Shown here piece after piece: positions 9,110-19,223 of a DNA stretch of 40,000 bases. Numbering within the stretch: position 1 is the stretch's first letter; each line of letters starts with the position of its first letter. Source of the DNA: Caudoviricetes sp. 'Rudgehvirus jaberico'. The translations under genes were made by a program, and so were the position numbers. Below the pieces are notes generated by a model. That model saw only the letters and a program-made list of their open reading frames with translations. It was not told the origin of the DNA and made no database searches. Location: sequence record OQ198719.1. One strand, given 5' to 3'.

Positions 9110-9781
9110 ATGGAAATATCGGAAATGCACAATAAGTTCAGACTGTACGCACAGAAGATGTCTATGCAAACAGTTCTTGCTATTCTTCCAGAAGAGATAG
9201 ACGAAGTGTTTAACACAACTATTCCCGAATATGCTCGCGATAAGTTTTCTCGGAAAAGAAATAGAGAACTTAATGGCGTTTCCGATAATGTTATTAGATT
9301 AGCTGAACTTGAACCATTATACTATAATTATAAGGAAGAATTTACTCCTGCTAAAAATCCTGATGTTATTGCATTTGGAGAAGGTTTTAAATTTCCACTT
9401 CCTATTGATTATATGTTTTATCTTAATACTACTGTTAAAATTACCAATGGTAATAGCTTATCATTTGCAGATACTCGACTTATAGATATTGAAAAAGTTC
9501 CTCTTACTATGAATGATTATCATAGTAAATCAACGAGTGAATCGCCAATTTGTTATATTAATAATGAGAATGTAGAAGTGCTCCTAAATGAACAAATTAG
9601 TGGAATTATCTTTAACTATATAAGAGTACCTAATAAGGTTAGCCTTGCAAATGGCGTAGGTTGTGAACTTCCTGATTTTGCAGTAGACGAAATAATAATG
9701 AAAGCAGTTAATTTATATAATGCAGCTTCTGATAATAGTAGTTATGAAAAAGTTGCTGTTGAAACTCAAAAATTAGAATAA
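9110..9781 (+). CDS. Putative head-tail connector/ring protein
   Basis: 223-aa ORF. 'FKFPLPIDYMFYLN...DEIIMKAVNLYNAASDN' resembles crAss-like neck/ring proteins. Confidence 0.5.
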   Translation: MEISEMHNKFRLYAQKMSMQTVLAILPEEIDEVFNTTIPEYARDKFSRKRNRELNGVSDNVIRLAELEPLYYNYKEEFTPAKNPDVIAFGEGFKFPLPIDYMFYLNTTVKITNGNSLSFADTRLIDIEKVPLTMNDYHSKSTSESPICYINNENVEVLLNEQISGIIFNYIRVPNKVSLANGVGCELPDFAVDEIIMKAVNLYNAASDNSSYEKVAVETQKLE

Positions 9782-9782
9782 T

Positions 9783-10670
9783 ATGAAAAGATTAATTATT
9801 GCTGGTAGTGCAACTCTTGCTACGACTCCTGCTACTCTTGCTGCTATTGGAACAAGCGGTATAGATGCCGGTCAGATTGCATTATATCGTGGTGATACAG
9901 GTGCAGTTATTTCTGCTGCTCTTACTGAACAAATTCCTTCATTTGGATTATTTGTTGGTGTCGGTGCTTTTGCTACTGACGGTGAATATATGCAGAGTGT
10001 AGCTGAGATTTCTACTCGTAGATTTAGTTATACTAAAACTCCTTATGCTGCTGGTACAAAGTTTAGTGCTTCTATTACTGTTCCTACCCCTGTAGAAGGA
10101 AAGGATTATACATTGATGATGGCTAAGAAAGGAGTTGTCTTTAATGAACGTAATAAGTGGAGTGCTACTATTAAAGCTAAACAAGGAGATACTGCTGCTA
10201 CTATTGCAACTTATCTTGCTAATGAGCTTAAAGCTCTCGGTAAGAATGAAGCATTTACAGCTTCTCTTTCTACAGCTACAATTACAGTAACTGCTACTAA
10301 TTATCAAGATTGGGAACTTCTTGCTGCTGATGATTTGTTTGGCACTGCTGTAACTACTTCAGCTCATGGTTTACCACCTGTTTGTGATGATGCTTATATT
10401 AAAGATTTGTATCGTCAGTGTATTGGTGATGAAGGTATTTATGGTACTGATCCGTCTGGTATGAAGTTGTATAAAGAAAGAACTATTTCTTCTTCTACTA
10501 ATTGGACTCTTTACACATTGCAATTCTATAATCCGAAACCGTTTAAAACTACAACTGGAGAAGATGTTCGTCAGATTGTTCATATTGCAATTCCGGGAGC
10601 TGCTGTAACGACACTTGATGCAATCCTCGCTTCGATCATAAATCCTGTTGCTACCAGTGGTGGTGCGTAA
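9783..10670 (+). CDS. Putative virion structural protein (tail/auxiliary)
   Basis: 295-aa Ala/Thr-rich ORF in the head-tail cassette. No specific motif recognised. Confidence 0.4.
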   Translation: MKRLIIAGSATLATTPATLAAIGTSGIDAGQIALYRGDTGAVISAALTEQIPSFGLFVGVGAFATDGEYMQSVAEISTRRFSYTKTPYAAGTKFSASITVPTPVEGKDYTLMMAKKGVVFNERNKWSATIKAKQGDTAATIATYLANELKALGKNEAFTASLSTATITVTATNYQDWELLAADDLFGTAVTTSAHGLPPVCDDAYIKDLYRQCIGDEGIYGTDPSGMKLYKERTISSSTNWTLYTLQFYNPKPFKTTTGEDVRQIVHIAIPGAAVTTLDAILASIINPVATSGGA

Positions 10671-10692
10671 ACTTTAAAGGTTAATTTGTTGA

Positions 10693-10736
10693 AAAGAGAG
10701 GTGCTATTATTAATTATAATAATGGTATCTCTCTTT
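10693..10736. terminator. Strong intergenic hairpin: 19-bp stem (including G-U pairs), 6-nt loop
   Basis: AAAGAGAGGTGCTATTATT-AATTAT-AATAATGGTATCTCTCTTT, located between the genes ending at 10670 and starting at 10756. Confidence 0.65.
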
Positions 10737-10755
10737 CACTTTAAACTAAACTAAG

Positions 10756-11337
10756 ATGGATGAATTAAAGGCTATACAAGAAATTATAGAGAAAACAAAT
10801 ACTACTCAAGCTATAATAATATCATGTATTCTTATAATATTCTTAGTAATATCTAAAATAATAGATGCTAAGACAAAGAAGAATCAGATAGTACTTAGTG
10901 ATAAGTTAGCAAGTTTAGTAGATGTATTAGCTGTGCAATTTAAAAGACAGGAAGTTATAGATAGAGAGAAATGTAGAACTATTATAGTTCTTGGTTTTGA
11001 ATCATTATATAATAATTTATATTCTAAAGGTCAAGAAATAATAATAGAAAATAATGTAAATTCTAAATCTGAATTTATAATTCCTACAATCGAGAGTACA
11101 GTTAATGCTGAATATTATAAGCTCTATAATATTCTTTATCCGTTTGAAGTTTCAAGTCGTAGAATAAATATATATCTTAAAGAAGATTGGAAAAGAGAAA
11201 TAATTGATACTATGGTTAAAGTAATCTTTAGTAATTCACTTAATAGTCAAGATAAACTTGATACTCTTAGTACTAAACTTTCTGTTATGATAAGTAATTA
11301 TTCTACTTATGTTCATAATAAAACTTTTAATGAATAA
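10756..11337 (+). CDS. Hypothetical protein with N-terminal transmembrane helix
   Basis: 193-aa ORF. The segment 'TQAIIISCILIIFLVISKII' is a clear TM helix and a soluble helical region follows. Confidence 0.55.
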   Translation: MDELKAIQEIIEKTNTTQAIIISCILIIFLVISKIIDAKTKKNQIVLSDKLASLVDVLAVQFKRQEVIDREKCRTIIVLGFESLYNNLYSKGQEIIIENNVNSKSEFIIPTIESTVNAEYYKLYNILYPFEVSSRRINIYLKEDWKREIIDTMVKVIFSNSLNSQDKLDTLSTKLSVMISNYSTYVHNKTFNE

Positions 11338-11343
11338 GAGATT

Positions 11344-11586
11344 ATGGAGAATAGTAACGAAAAATTTATAGACGCTGTGCTACTCTCCGAGGTACAGAGA
11401 CAGCAAGTAGCATTGGCGGAAAATACCGCCTATTTGGCGTCTGTGGGCTTCCTATCGAAAGGAAATTTCGAGAATAGACTTTCGTTCATTTCAATTTTAA
11501 TCGATGCTTACGAGAACTTAGAATTGTTCAATAAAAGTCAAAAAAAGAACTTGAATCTAATATATAACAAAGTAATGAAGATATGA
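11344..11586 (+). CDS. Small hypothetical protein with atypical 5' base composition
   Basis: 80-aa ORF tightly packed between neighbours, with its stop overlapping the next start. About 52% GC over 11371-11460 by hand count. Confidence 0.55.
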   Translation: MENSNEKFIDAVLLSEVQRQQVALAENTAYLASVGFLSKGNFENRLSFISILIDAYENLELFNKSQKKNLNLIYNKVMKI

Positions 11587-12098
11587 GTAATAACTTTAAT
11601 GATATAATAGATAAACTTAAAAGAGTTTATGTTGAACATGAAGATAATGTAATAGAAATACAACCCGAATATGTTTATATGACTATTCCTGCTAAGTATA
11701 TCTGTACTTATCATCGTATTCTAATTATGTTAGCCGATTATGGAGTTGAAATGCTCAATGATTGTGGTGCTTCATGTAAAGATGGAAATCGTCAAGTTGT
11801 TAATTGTTTTAATATGTTTAATGCAGCTGTTGCAGCATATAAACTTGGACAAGAAAAACTTGCAGATACTCTTATTAAATATGTCGATTCTAAGATTAGA
11901 TTAATATATAAAGGAGAAGATAATTCTCCTAATATAGTTTATCCAGTTGATGAAAAAGGACATTTAAAAGCGGTTGTAAGCTGCGGAGAAAATCCTACAT
12001 TTAAGATAGATATTGAAAGTGGTATTCTTTGGCAAGAAAGTGTAGGAGATCCTAATGCAGTTTATAGTCTTGGAGAAGAAGATTTAGAAAGTGAATAA
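11583..12098 (+). CDS. Hypothetical protein
   Basis: 171-aa ORF, 4-nt overlap with the upstream ORF, immediately before the first large fibre gene. Confidence 0.6.
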   Translation: MSNNFNDIIDKLKRVYVEHEDNVIEIQPEYVYMTIPAKYICTYHRILIMLADYGVEMLNDCGASCKDGNRQVVNCFNMFNAAVAAYKLGQEKLADTLIKYVDSKIRLIYKGEDNSPNIVYPVDEKGHLKAVVSCGENPTFKIDIESGILWQESVGDPNAVYSLGEEDLESE

Positions 12099-12113
12099 TA
12101 TAGATGTCTAAGC

Positions 12114-12142
12114 TCCTTTACAGGGGTGATTACAATAAAGGA
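12114..12142 (+). promoter_or_regulatory. Intergenic copy of the GGGG motif inside a perfect 7-bp stem
   Basis: TCCTTTA (12114-12120) pairs with TAAAGGA (12136-12142). Positions 12114-12134 are identical over 21 nt to 23878-23898. Confidence 0.6.
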
Positions 12143-12149
12143 ATAAGAT

Positions 12150-15100
12150 ATGAAAACTCAGAAACAAGATTTAGGTAAAGTTAGTCTAACTTGTAATGGT
12201 ACTTGGGATGCTGGTAAACAGTATTATAGACTTTGTATTGTTAATGATGGAAACTTTGCTTCATATATATCTAAGAAAGATGTTCCTATTGGTACTGTTC
12301 TTTCTGATGAAAGATTTTGGCAGCCTATTGCTAATCTTCGAGATGATATTAAGATAGATTACGAAACTTTTAAGAAAGAATGGTTAGAACTTCTTGCTTC
12401 TATTCAAATTAAACTTAGAAGTGCTCGTGTAGTTGTAGCTAACGAAGAAGCTCGTAATAATCTTACTTGGCTTGAAGTTGCAGCAGGTTGCGAAGTTTAT
12501 GAACTTGATACTCAATTGACTTATATACTTGATAGTATAGTACCTGTTATTAATTTAAAAAGCTGGCATTTAGTAGTAGGTAGTTTATTAGATAGTGAAG
12601 CTAAGTTTCAATTAGATGGTACATACGAACTTACTGCTGAACGTGCTATTGCTGATAGATGGGGATATATTATTGACGAAGTTTATGTTAGTAAGAAAGA
12701 AGTTAAAAACTTAGTTCTTTCTATTGTAAACGATAAGTTAGAAAATATGTCTATTACTATTCCGCCTAATAGTATTACACCAGAAGATTTAAGTCAAGCT
12801 GTACTTGATCTTATCGGAAGCGGCGGCAATGTAGTTAATAATCCTGATGAAGAAGATATTACTTCTGAATCTCTTAGTAATGGAACTTCTGTTCTTAAGT
12901 TTAAAGATAGAGATTATGTAGAAGGAACATTTAATGGATTAGGTGAAGTTATTCTTCGTAAGAATCAAGTAGGTATAATCAATCTTCTTGAACAAGCAAA
13001 TATTAATAAACCTAATACAGTATATGTTGTAAGATATGATTTCTGTTTAGGTGGAGCTACTATAACACTTCCTAAGAATAGTACTCTTAAATTTGAAGGT
13101 GGTTCAATAGATAATGGTACAATAGTTGGTAATAACTCATGTATTATTTCTGATATAGATAAAACTATTTTAGGTAAAGATCTTGTTATTGAAGGTACTT
13201 GGAATATAGAACATATTTATGATAAATGGTTTGCTTTTGATAGTTCTGCTGATTTCTTATCTAATCAAATTATAACTAATATATTAGCTCTTTCAAATGA
13301 TAATGTATATAATACTATTCATTTTGATGCTGATAGAACTTATTATTTTGAAAATACATATAAAGGAAAGACTAATCTTGGAGATGATGTAAGACCAAAT
13401 TATTGGTTGCTTAATACTCCCGATTATGATTTTCTTAGAATCTTTACAGGATTTACTTCTAATACACATCTTATAGTTAATAATACTATTCAGATGTTAC
13501 CCACTAATCAAGGTGCTTATTTTATATTTCATATAGAGAATAAAGAGAATATTACGATTAGTGGTACAGGTGCTATTAACGGAGATGCTAAAGATCATTT
13601 ATATACTGATCCTTTTGCTGGTACTAATTATTATGGTGAGTGGGGGCATGTTCTTAATTTTAGAAGTTGTAATAATGTAGTAGTTAGAGATATTACTATA
13701 GGATATGCTTTTGGAGATGGAATAGCTTTAGGTAACGCTGCTTATAATAATAGCGGAGTAAAAGAAGCTGGTTTAGCTACTAAAAATGTTACAATAGATG
13801 CTGTTAAAGTATTATATGCAAGACGTAACGGTATTTCTTTAGGAGGTAATAATTATACTATAACTAATGTTTATTTTGAAGGAAATGGTAGTGATACTAT
13901 TAAAGGTACTGCTCCCATGGCAGCAATTGACTTTGAAAACGATTATGTAGATATAGAACCTTCTGGTTTATGTACAAATGTTTCAATGAATAATTGTAAA
14001 TTTAAAGATAATAAATATGACGTTTCTTCTACTATTAGAGATGATTTATATGAAGTTCCAAGAGGAGAATTAGTTAATATTAGTGATTGTAATTTTACTT
14101 CTCCTTTAAGATTAAATAGGACTAACGGACTTACGTTTAGTAATTGTCATATAGTGGGTATTACTAATGTAGATAATTCTATTGCTGCTTGGTATGTAAG
14201 TAAGGATCTAGTATTTAATAGTTGTATATTTGATGAACTTAATCCTTATCTTGCTATTAGTGCAGAAGAACAGAATAAAAAGTTTATTAATCCTACTTAT
14301 CCAGAAGATATTAGATATAGTACTACATTTCAACATAATCTTCCAGTAGGAAAAGCATTAAAATTTACTATACCTAAACCATTAGTTGGAGAAGTAGAAC
14401 TTACAGCTTTTTGTAGTAATCCTAATTATAGTGCTATTCAAATGCCTATTAATACTACAATATATACATTTGGTCCAAGTCAAAGATTAACAGGTATTAG
14501 AGATATAAAAATAAAAGCCAGTCAAGATAGTACTCCGAGATACTCTATGTATAAGAATACTCCTGTGTTTTCTTATATAAATTATACAGAAGATTCTAAT
14601 AATTTTATTATATATTTTGCTATTGGTGGAGATTTAATTGGAGATTCATATGCTTCTGCTACTTCTGTTAATATATTCTTAACTTCTAAAACTAAGTTTA
14701 TTATTGTAGAAGCTCCTGTAAGTGGAAGACCTGATTATGCTGGCATGTATGGAGGTAAATGGTCTGAGTTATCTGCAATAATTAAAGAAAGTGTTGAGAT
14801 ATCTTCTATTCCATCTACTGTTACATTCCCCAGTAAAGAAATGTATTCAGGTAATATGCTTGCTGATTTACCTACATCTCTTACTGCTGATAAGGTTGGA
14901 TTTAGTCAATTTGTTTTGGATAGTACTTATAAACGTCCTGTATTTTGGGATTCTTATTCTAATGTATTTAGAACAGCCGATGGAAATAAAGCATTAGAAA
15001 GAAGAGTGACATCTCTTGCAGAATTAGATGTTTTAACTGCTAAACTTACAGTAGATGATAGAGGTTATGTAGTATATTATACTGTAACAACTTCGTATCT

Positions 15101-16649
15101 TACTTGGAGAGGTACAGATTGGACAAATGAAGACGGAAGTTTATTTAGTAAAGTAAAATATATTAAGCAAACTAATACTATAGATATACTAAATATAATG
15201 TTTAGTTATTCTGGTGTTATATACAAAATTTGTGCAGATATAGATTTAGGTGGCGGAACGTTAACTATTGCTACTGGTTCTACTCTTGATTTTCAAGGTG
15301 GTAGTTTTAATAATGGAACGATTATAGGACAAAATACTAAAATAGAATCTGGATTAACTAAAATATTTGGAACAGATATAACTCTTAGTGGTATATGGAT
15401 TGCAGATTCATTATCTCCTGAACATTTTGGAATTACTGGTATAGATGCTACTCAAGATACTACATATATTCAAAAAGCATTAGATTGCTGTTCGACTATT
15501 AATATAAAAACTGTTAAGTTACAAAATAAAATATATCAGATAAATAGTTCTTTACTTATACAAAGTAATATAAAATTAGAAGGAGCTACTTCAAGAGTTT
15601 GGAATAATGGTAGTGCAACAATATTATCTTTGGCTGAAAATATAGTAGGTATTACTGTAGAATCTACTGGAGTAGAAATAAATGATTTAAAAATAATAGG
15701 TAATACTACTAATACAGGTATTAGTTTTACTAATAGATCTTACTATTTTTCAGGTAATAGAATCATAACTACTGGACTTGGAATAGGTTTTGATATACAA
15801 AGCTCATGGACTTATATATTTAACTTATGTAGAATTGAAGGAGGAACTATTGGATTTAAGATTCAAGAAGGGACAAGTGGAACGTTTAATTCTTGTGTTG
15901 CATTTAGTTGTTCAGAATATGGATTCTATGTGACTAAATTAAATTATGGTAGTTTCAATGGTTGTGGAACAGATGGTTGTAAATATGGTTTTTATTTTAC
16001 AGATGCTTGTAGAGGCGTTACTTTATCTTCTTGTGGATGTGAAAATACACAAGTAGGCGGTTATATGGTTAAGTGTGGTGCAAGAGCTTACGTTACTATA
16101 ACAGCATTTAGTGTTGGTACTATGGCAGATGTAGATTGTGATCTATTTATATTTGAAGCTGATTGTAGAGTTAGTTTAATAGATTTAAATGTTGGTTCAT
16201 TATATCATCCAACAGGTAATACCTTAAATGTGGCAAGTGGTGCTGCTGTTGCTTTAATTAATTGTTATTTAACTGGAACCAGTGTTGGATTAGAAAATTG
16301 TTCAGTTATTAGTCCTTATGGTAATACTCTTAAATATTCTACTACTGTAGATAAAATTAATACTAAAGAACTTGTTACTTCTTCTTTAGCAACTAATGCT
16401 ACATATACTGTTTTATCAACTGCTCCATTAAATTCAGTATATTTAATTACTGCTGTTACTAATGGTAATTCTGCTGCAAGAGGTCTTGCTATTGTTACAA
16501 TTCCTACTGACTATGGAATGGCAAGTGTTGATAATTTGGTAGCTAATGCAAATTGTCAAATTTCAATAGATGCTACTGGAAATATCATAGTAACAAATAC
16601 AAGTACTTCAGCTAAAGCATATAGAGTATCTTTACTAAAACTTGTATAA
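12150..16649 (+). CDS. Large fibre / receptor-binding protein with two beta-helix blocks
   Basis: 1499-aa ORF. N-terminal anchor-like domain 'LGKVSLTCNGTWDAGKQYYRLCIV...YISKKDVPIGTVLSDERFWQPI', then two beta-helix blocks, each opened by an 'LGG.T.T....TL.F.GGS..NGTI.G' module. Confidence 0.75.
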   Translation: MKTQKQDLGKVSLTCNGTWDAGKQYYRLCIVNDGNFASYISKKDVPIGTVLSDERFWQPIANLRDDIKIDYETFKKEWLELLASIQIKLRSARVVVANEEARNNLTWLEVAAGCEVYELDTQLTYILDSIVPVINLKSWHLVVGSLLDSEAKFQLDGTYELTAERAIADRWGYIIDEVYVSKKEVKNLVLSIVNDKLENMSITIPPNSITPEDLSQAVLDLIGSGGNVVNNPDEEDITSESLSNGTSVLKFKDRDYVEGTFNGLGEVILRKNQVGIINLLEQANINKPNTVYVVRYDFCLGGATITLPKNSTLKFEGGSIDNGTIVGNNSCIISDIDKTILGKDLVIEGTWNIEHIYDKWFAFDSSADFLSNQIITNILALSNDNVYNTIHFDADRTYYFENTYKGKTNLGDDVRPNYWLLNTPDYDFLRIFTGFTSNTHLIVNNTIQMLPTNQGAYFIFHIENKENITISGTGAINGDAKDHLYTDPFAGTNYYGEWGHVLNFRSCNNVVVRDITIGYAFGDGIALGNAAYNNSGVKEAGLATKNVTIDAVKVLYARRNGISLGGNNYTITNVYFEGNGSDTIKGTAPMAAIDFENDYVDIEPSGLCTNVSMNNCKFKDNKYDVSSTIRDDLYEVPRGELVNISDCNFTSPLRLNRTNGLTFSNCHIVGITNVDNSIAAWYVSKDLVFNSCIFDELNPYLAISAEEQNKKFINPTYPEDIRYSTTFQHNLPVGKALKFTIPKPLVGEVELTAFCSNPNYSAIQMPINTTIYTFGPSQRLTGIRDIKIKASQDSTPRYSMYKNTPVFSYINYTEDSNNFIIYFAIGGDLIGDSYASATSVNIFLTSKTKFIIVEAPVSGRPDYAGMYGGKWSELSAIIKESVEISSIPSTVTFPSKEMYSGNMLADLPTSLTADKVGFSQFVLDSTYKRPVFWDSYSNVFRTADGNKALERRVTSLAELDVLTAKLTVDDRGYVVYYTVTTSYLTWRGTDWTNEDGSLFSKVKYIKQTNTIDILNIMFSYSGVIYKICADIDLGGGTLTIATGSTLDFQGGSFNNGTIIGQNTKIESGLTKIFGTDITLSGIWIADSLSPEHFGITGIDATQDTTYIQKALDCCSTINIKTVKLQNKIYQINSSLLIQSNIKLEGATSRVWNNGSATILSLAENIVGITVESTGVEINDLKIIGNTTNTGISFTNRSYYFSGNRIITTGLGIGFDIQSSWTYIFNLCRIEGGTIGFKIQEGTSGTFNSCVAFSCSEYGFYVTKLNYGSFNGCGTDGCKYGFYFTDACRGVTLSSCGCENTQVGGYMVKCGARAYVTITAFSVGTMADVDCDLFIFEADCRVSLIDLNVGSLYHPTGNTLNVASGAAVALINCYLTGTSVGLENCSVISPYGNTLKYSTTVDKINTKELVTSSLATNATYTVLSTAPLNSVYLITAVTNGNSAARGLAIVTIPTDYGMASVDNLVANANCQISIDATGNIIVTNTSTSAKAYRVSLLKLV
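14826..14840 (-). repeat. GGGG hairpin motif, diverged copy
   Basis: + strand TTCCCCAGTAAAGAA; reverse complement TTCTTTACTGGGGAA, one mismatch to the consensus over 14 nt. Confidence 0.35.
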
Positions 16650-16666
16650 TATAAAATATTTAAGTT

Positions 16667-19219
16667 ATGGAATGTAATGAAAAACTAAATATACATCAAA
16701 TTAATAAACTTGATGTTAATGATTTAAAGAGGAAAGACATATTTCCTATTACAGTTACTTCTGCTGTTTTTGATAAACAAGGGAATAGTCTTGAAGCTAT
16801 TTTACTTCAAAATAATAGTATTTTTCTTTCTTATAAAGGAAGTAGCGAAGCAACACGTATTACTGTTCCTTTAAAGATGAGAAGAAAAGGACTTATTATA
16901 TCTTATAAAGATTATGATGGTAAAGCTATTACTGAAAAACTTGTTTATGATGATACTGTTGCAGATGATATATTCAAATTAGATTCATCATGGACAAGGA
17001 TAGGTGATGTAATTATATCAGGAGAAATATCTATAAGTCCTAATGGAACATGGATTATAAATGGAAAAGATAGTGGTATAAAAGCAGTTGGTCCTAAAGG
17101 AGATAATGGTTTATCTCCTATTGTTCGAACTAATAATAACAAATTAGAATATAGTTATAATGGAACTGAATGGACTGTAATTAGTGATTATATAGCTGCT
17201 TGGTTTAGATTTGAAAATAATAAAATTCAAATAAGTAGAGATAATATTAGATGGATAGATTTAAGTGAATCATTTACTCAAAATCTTTATATTAAAGGTT
17301 ATGTAGCTACAATTTCTGCTCTTCCTTCTAATGCTACTCAAGGAGATATTTATATGGTTGGTCCTCAAACATCTGGAGGAACTGATTATTTAATGTATAT
17401 TAAAGATAGTACAGGTTGGAAGGATAATGGAAGTTTTACAAGTATTACTGCCGGAGTAGTTCAAGAATTAGGAGATAGTGAAACAAAAATAATTAGTCAG
17501 AAGATAGTTTCAGAAAATATAAATAATTTATTAAATATTTATTCAGATTGTATAAAAAGTATAGAAGCAAGCGATAGTTTATTAGGTGGAAATTCTGATT
17601 TTATTAGTAATAGTATAGTAGATATTTTATCTATTAATACTTCTGAATTATCATTACCGATAGTGGACTATGATGGTAATTTAGGTAATAGTACTCAAAT
17701 GTTATGGGCTACAGTACAAGATGGAAGATATTATCATATTGTTGGTGATATTGAAACTACTGTTCCAATGAGTATCATTGTAGGATGGAGTTCTACTCCA
17801 AGTGATTCGACTTTAATTACCAATTATAATAGTTGGAAACCATCTGGAAAACAACATATAGATATTATAGTTAAAGCAGAAGGTGTAAGAATGTCTTTAG
17901 CTAAAGGTTTAACAATAACAAGAATCACTCCTAATTTAGTAACAACAAAAGTACAGACGAGAAGTGCTATTTCTAATTTAACAACTCCCACTGTAGCTAT
18001 GTCTACAGCAAATAGAAGAGGACCAAATTATTTAATACCAAAAGGTAGTACTATAAGTTCTTTTTCATTTATTCCTAAACAAGCTGGTACATCTTTAATG
18101 GAAGTATGGAAATTAGAAGATGGTGTTCTTACTGTAATAGATTCTTTAGATATTACGGCTACTAATACTTCTGAAACACAAATTGAGAGTTATATTGGAA
18201 AAACTTTATTATATGATACTTTATTTACGTTTGTTGATAAAGAAGGAACTGCTGGTTGTATAGGTATGAATAATTCTTCAACGACTTCAAGTAGAATGGG
18301 ACAATTTTCAATTTCTGTTGCATCTGGTAATCAAGTAAATTTTACAGATGTTGTTTCAACATTTGGAGCGTTATCTATGAGAATAATTTATACTATTCCT
18401 ATAAATAATGATGTAAAAGATGTTGGAAATTTAGGAGTTTTAGAAGTAGGAGCATATAAACAGTTTACTACAATACAATCTGCTGTTAATACTGCAAGAG
18501 ATGGGGATACTATTCTTATTTATCCAGGAATATATAATGAAAGAGTTCAAGCTTGGGGAAAAAATATAAATCTTGTTGGTATAAGTAGAGAAACTTGTGT
18601 TCTTCAAGATGATAGTTCTGATTATCGAACTCCTCCGCTTGAAATGAATGTGGGAAGTGTTCAAAATATGACAATAATCGAAACAGCAAGTAATCCTGAT
18701 CCTGCTATTGATGGAGTAATATTGCCAGAAGGTTTTCCAGCTAAAGATATGGCTTATACAATACATGCTGAAAGTTCTGTTAATTCTTATAATAGATCAT
18801 TAAAAATAATAGGTTGTAGATTAATTAATGCTAATCGTCCTTGTATTGGTGCTGGAACATATAATAATTATTCGATTGAAATTATTGATACTGAATTATA
18901 TTCTGGAGTTGGAGTTTATGAAGAATATAAGAGAGGGGCATTATATGTTCATGCTAAAGCAGATGGAACCGGTGTTTCTCAATCTTTAAAAATAAGTAAA
19001 TGTGATATTTATTGTGAAGATAATTTAGCTGTTACATTACGAGGATATTCTAATAATTCTATTAAAAACTTTGATATAATAGTTATTAATTGTAATATAT
19101 ATTCTACTATTAATGGAAAAGCCGATTCAATTATAAATAATAATTTTGGTATAAATAGCGGAATGTTATTAAATGATAGATCCTTTGGTAATAATGTTGC
19201 TATATTAAATAAATTATAA
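16667..19219 (+). CDS. Fibre protein with C-terminal pectinesterase-like beta helix
   Basis: 850-aa ORF. The N-terminus shares 'R..VP..MRRKGL.I.Y' with the next ORF. The C-terminus 'YKQFTTIQSAVNTARDGDTILIYPGIYNERV' is a typical pectin-lyase-fold opening. Confidence 0.72.
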   Translation: MECNEKLNIHQINKLDVNDLKRKDIFPITVTSAVFDKQGNSLEAILLQNNSIFLSYKGSSEATRITVPLKMRRKGLIISYKDYDGKAITEKLVYDDTVADDIFKLDSSWTRIGDVIISGEISISPNGTWIINGKDSGIKAVGPKGDNGLSPIVRTNNNKLEYSYNGTEWTVISDYIAAWFRFENNKIQISRDNIRWIDLSESFTQNLYIKGYVATISALPSNATQGDIYMVGPQTSGGTDYLMYIKDSTGWKDNGSFTSITAGVVQELGDSETKIISQKIVSENINNLLNIYSDCIKSIEASDSLLGGNSDFISNSIVDILSINTSELSLPIVDYDGNLGNSTQMLWATVQDGRYYHIVGDIETTVPMSIIVGWSSTPSDSTLITNYNSWKPSGKQHIDIIVKAEGVRMSLAKGLTITRITPNLVTTKVQTRSAISNLTTPTVAMSTANRRGPNYLIPKGSTISSFSFIPKQAGTSLMEVWKLEDGVLTVIDSLDITATNTSETQIESYIGKTLLYDTLFTFVDKEGTAGCIGMNNSSTTSSRMGQFSISVASGNQVNFTDVVSTFGALSMRIIYTIPINNDVKDVGNLGVLEVGAYKQFTTIQSAVNTARDGDTILIYPGIYNERVQAWGKNINLVGISRETCVLQDDSSDYRTPPLEMNVGSVQNMTIIETASNPDPAIDGVILPEGFPAKDMAYTIHAESSVNSYNRSLKIIGCRLINANRPCIGAGTYNNYSIEIIDTELYSGVGVYEEYKRGALYVHAKADGTGVSQSLKISKCDIYCEDNLAVTLRGYSNNSIKNFDIIVINCNIYSTINGKADSIINNNFGINSGMLLNDRSFGNNVAILNKL

Positions 19220-19223
19220 TTAT

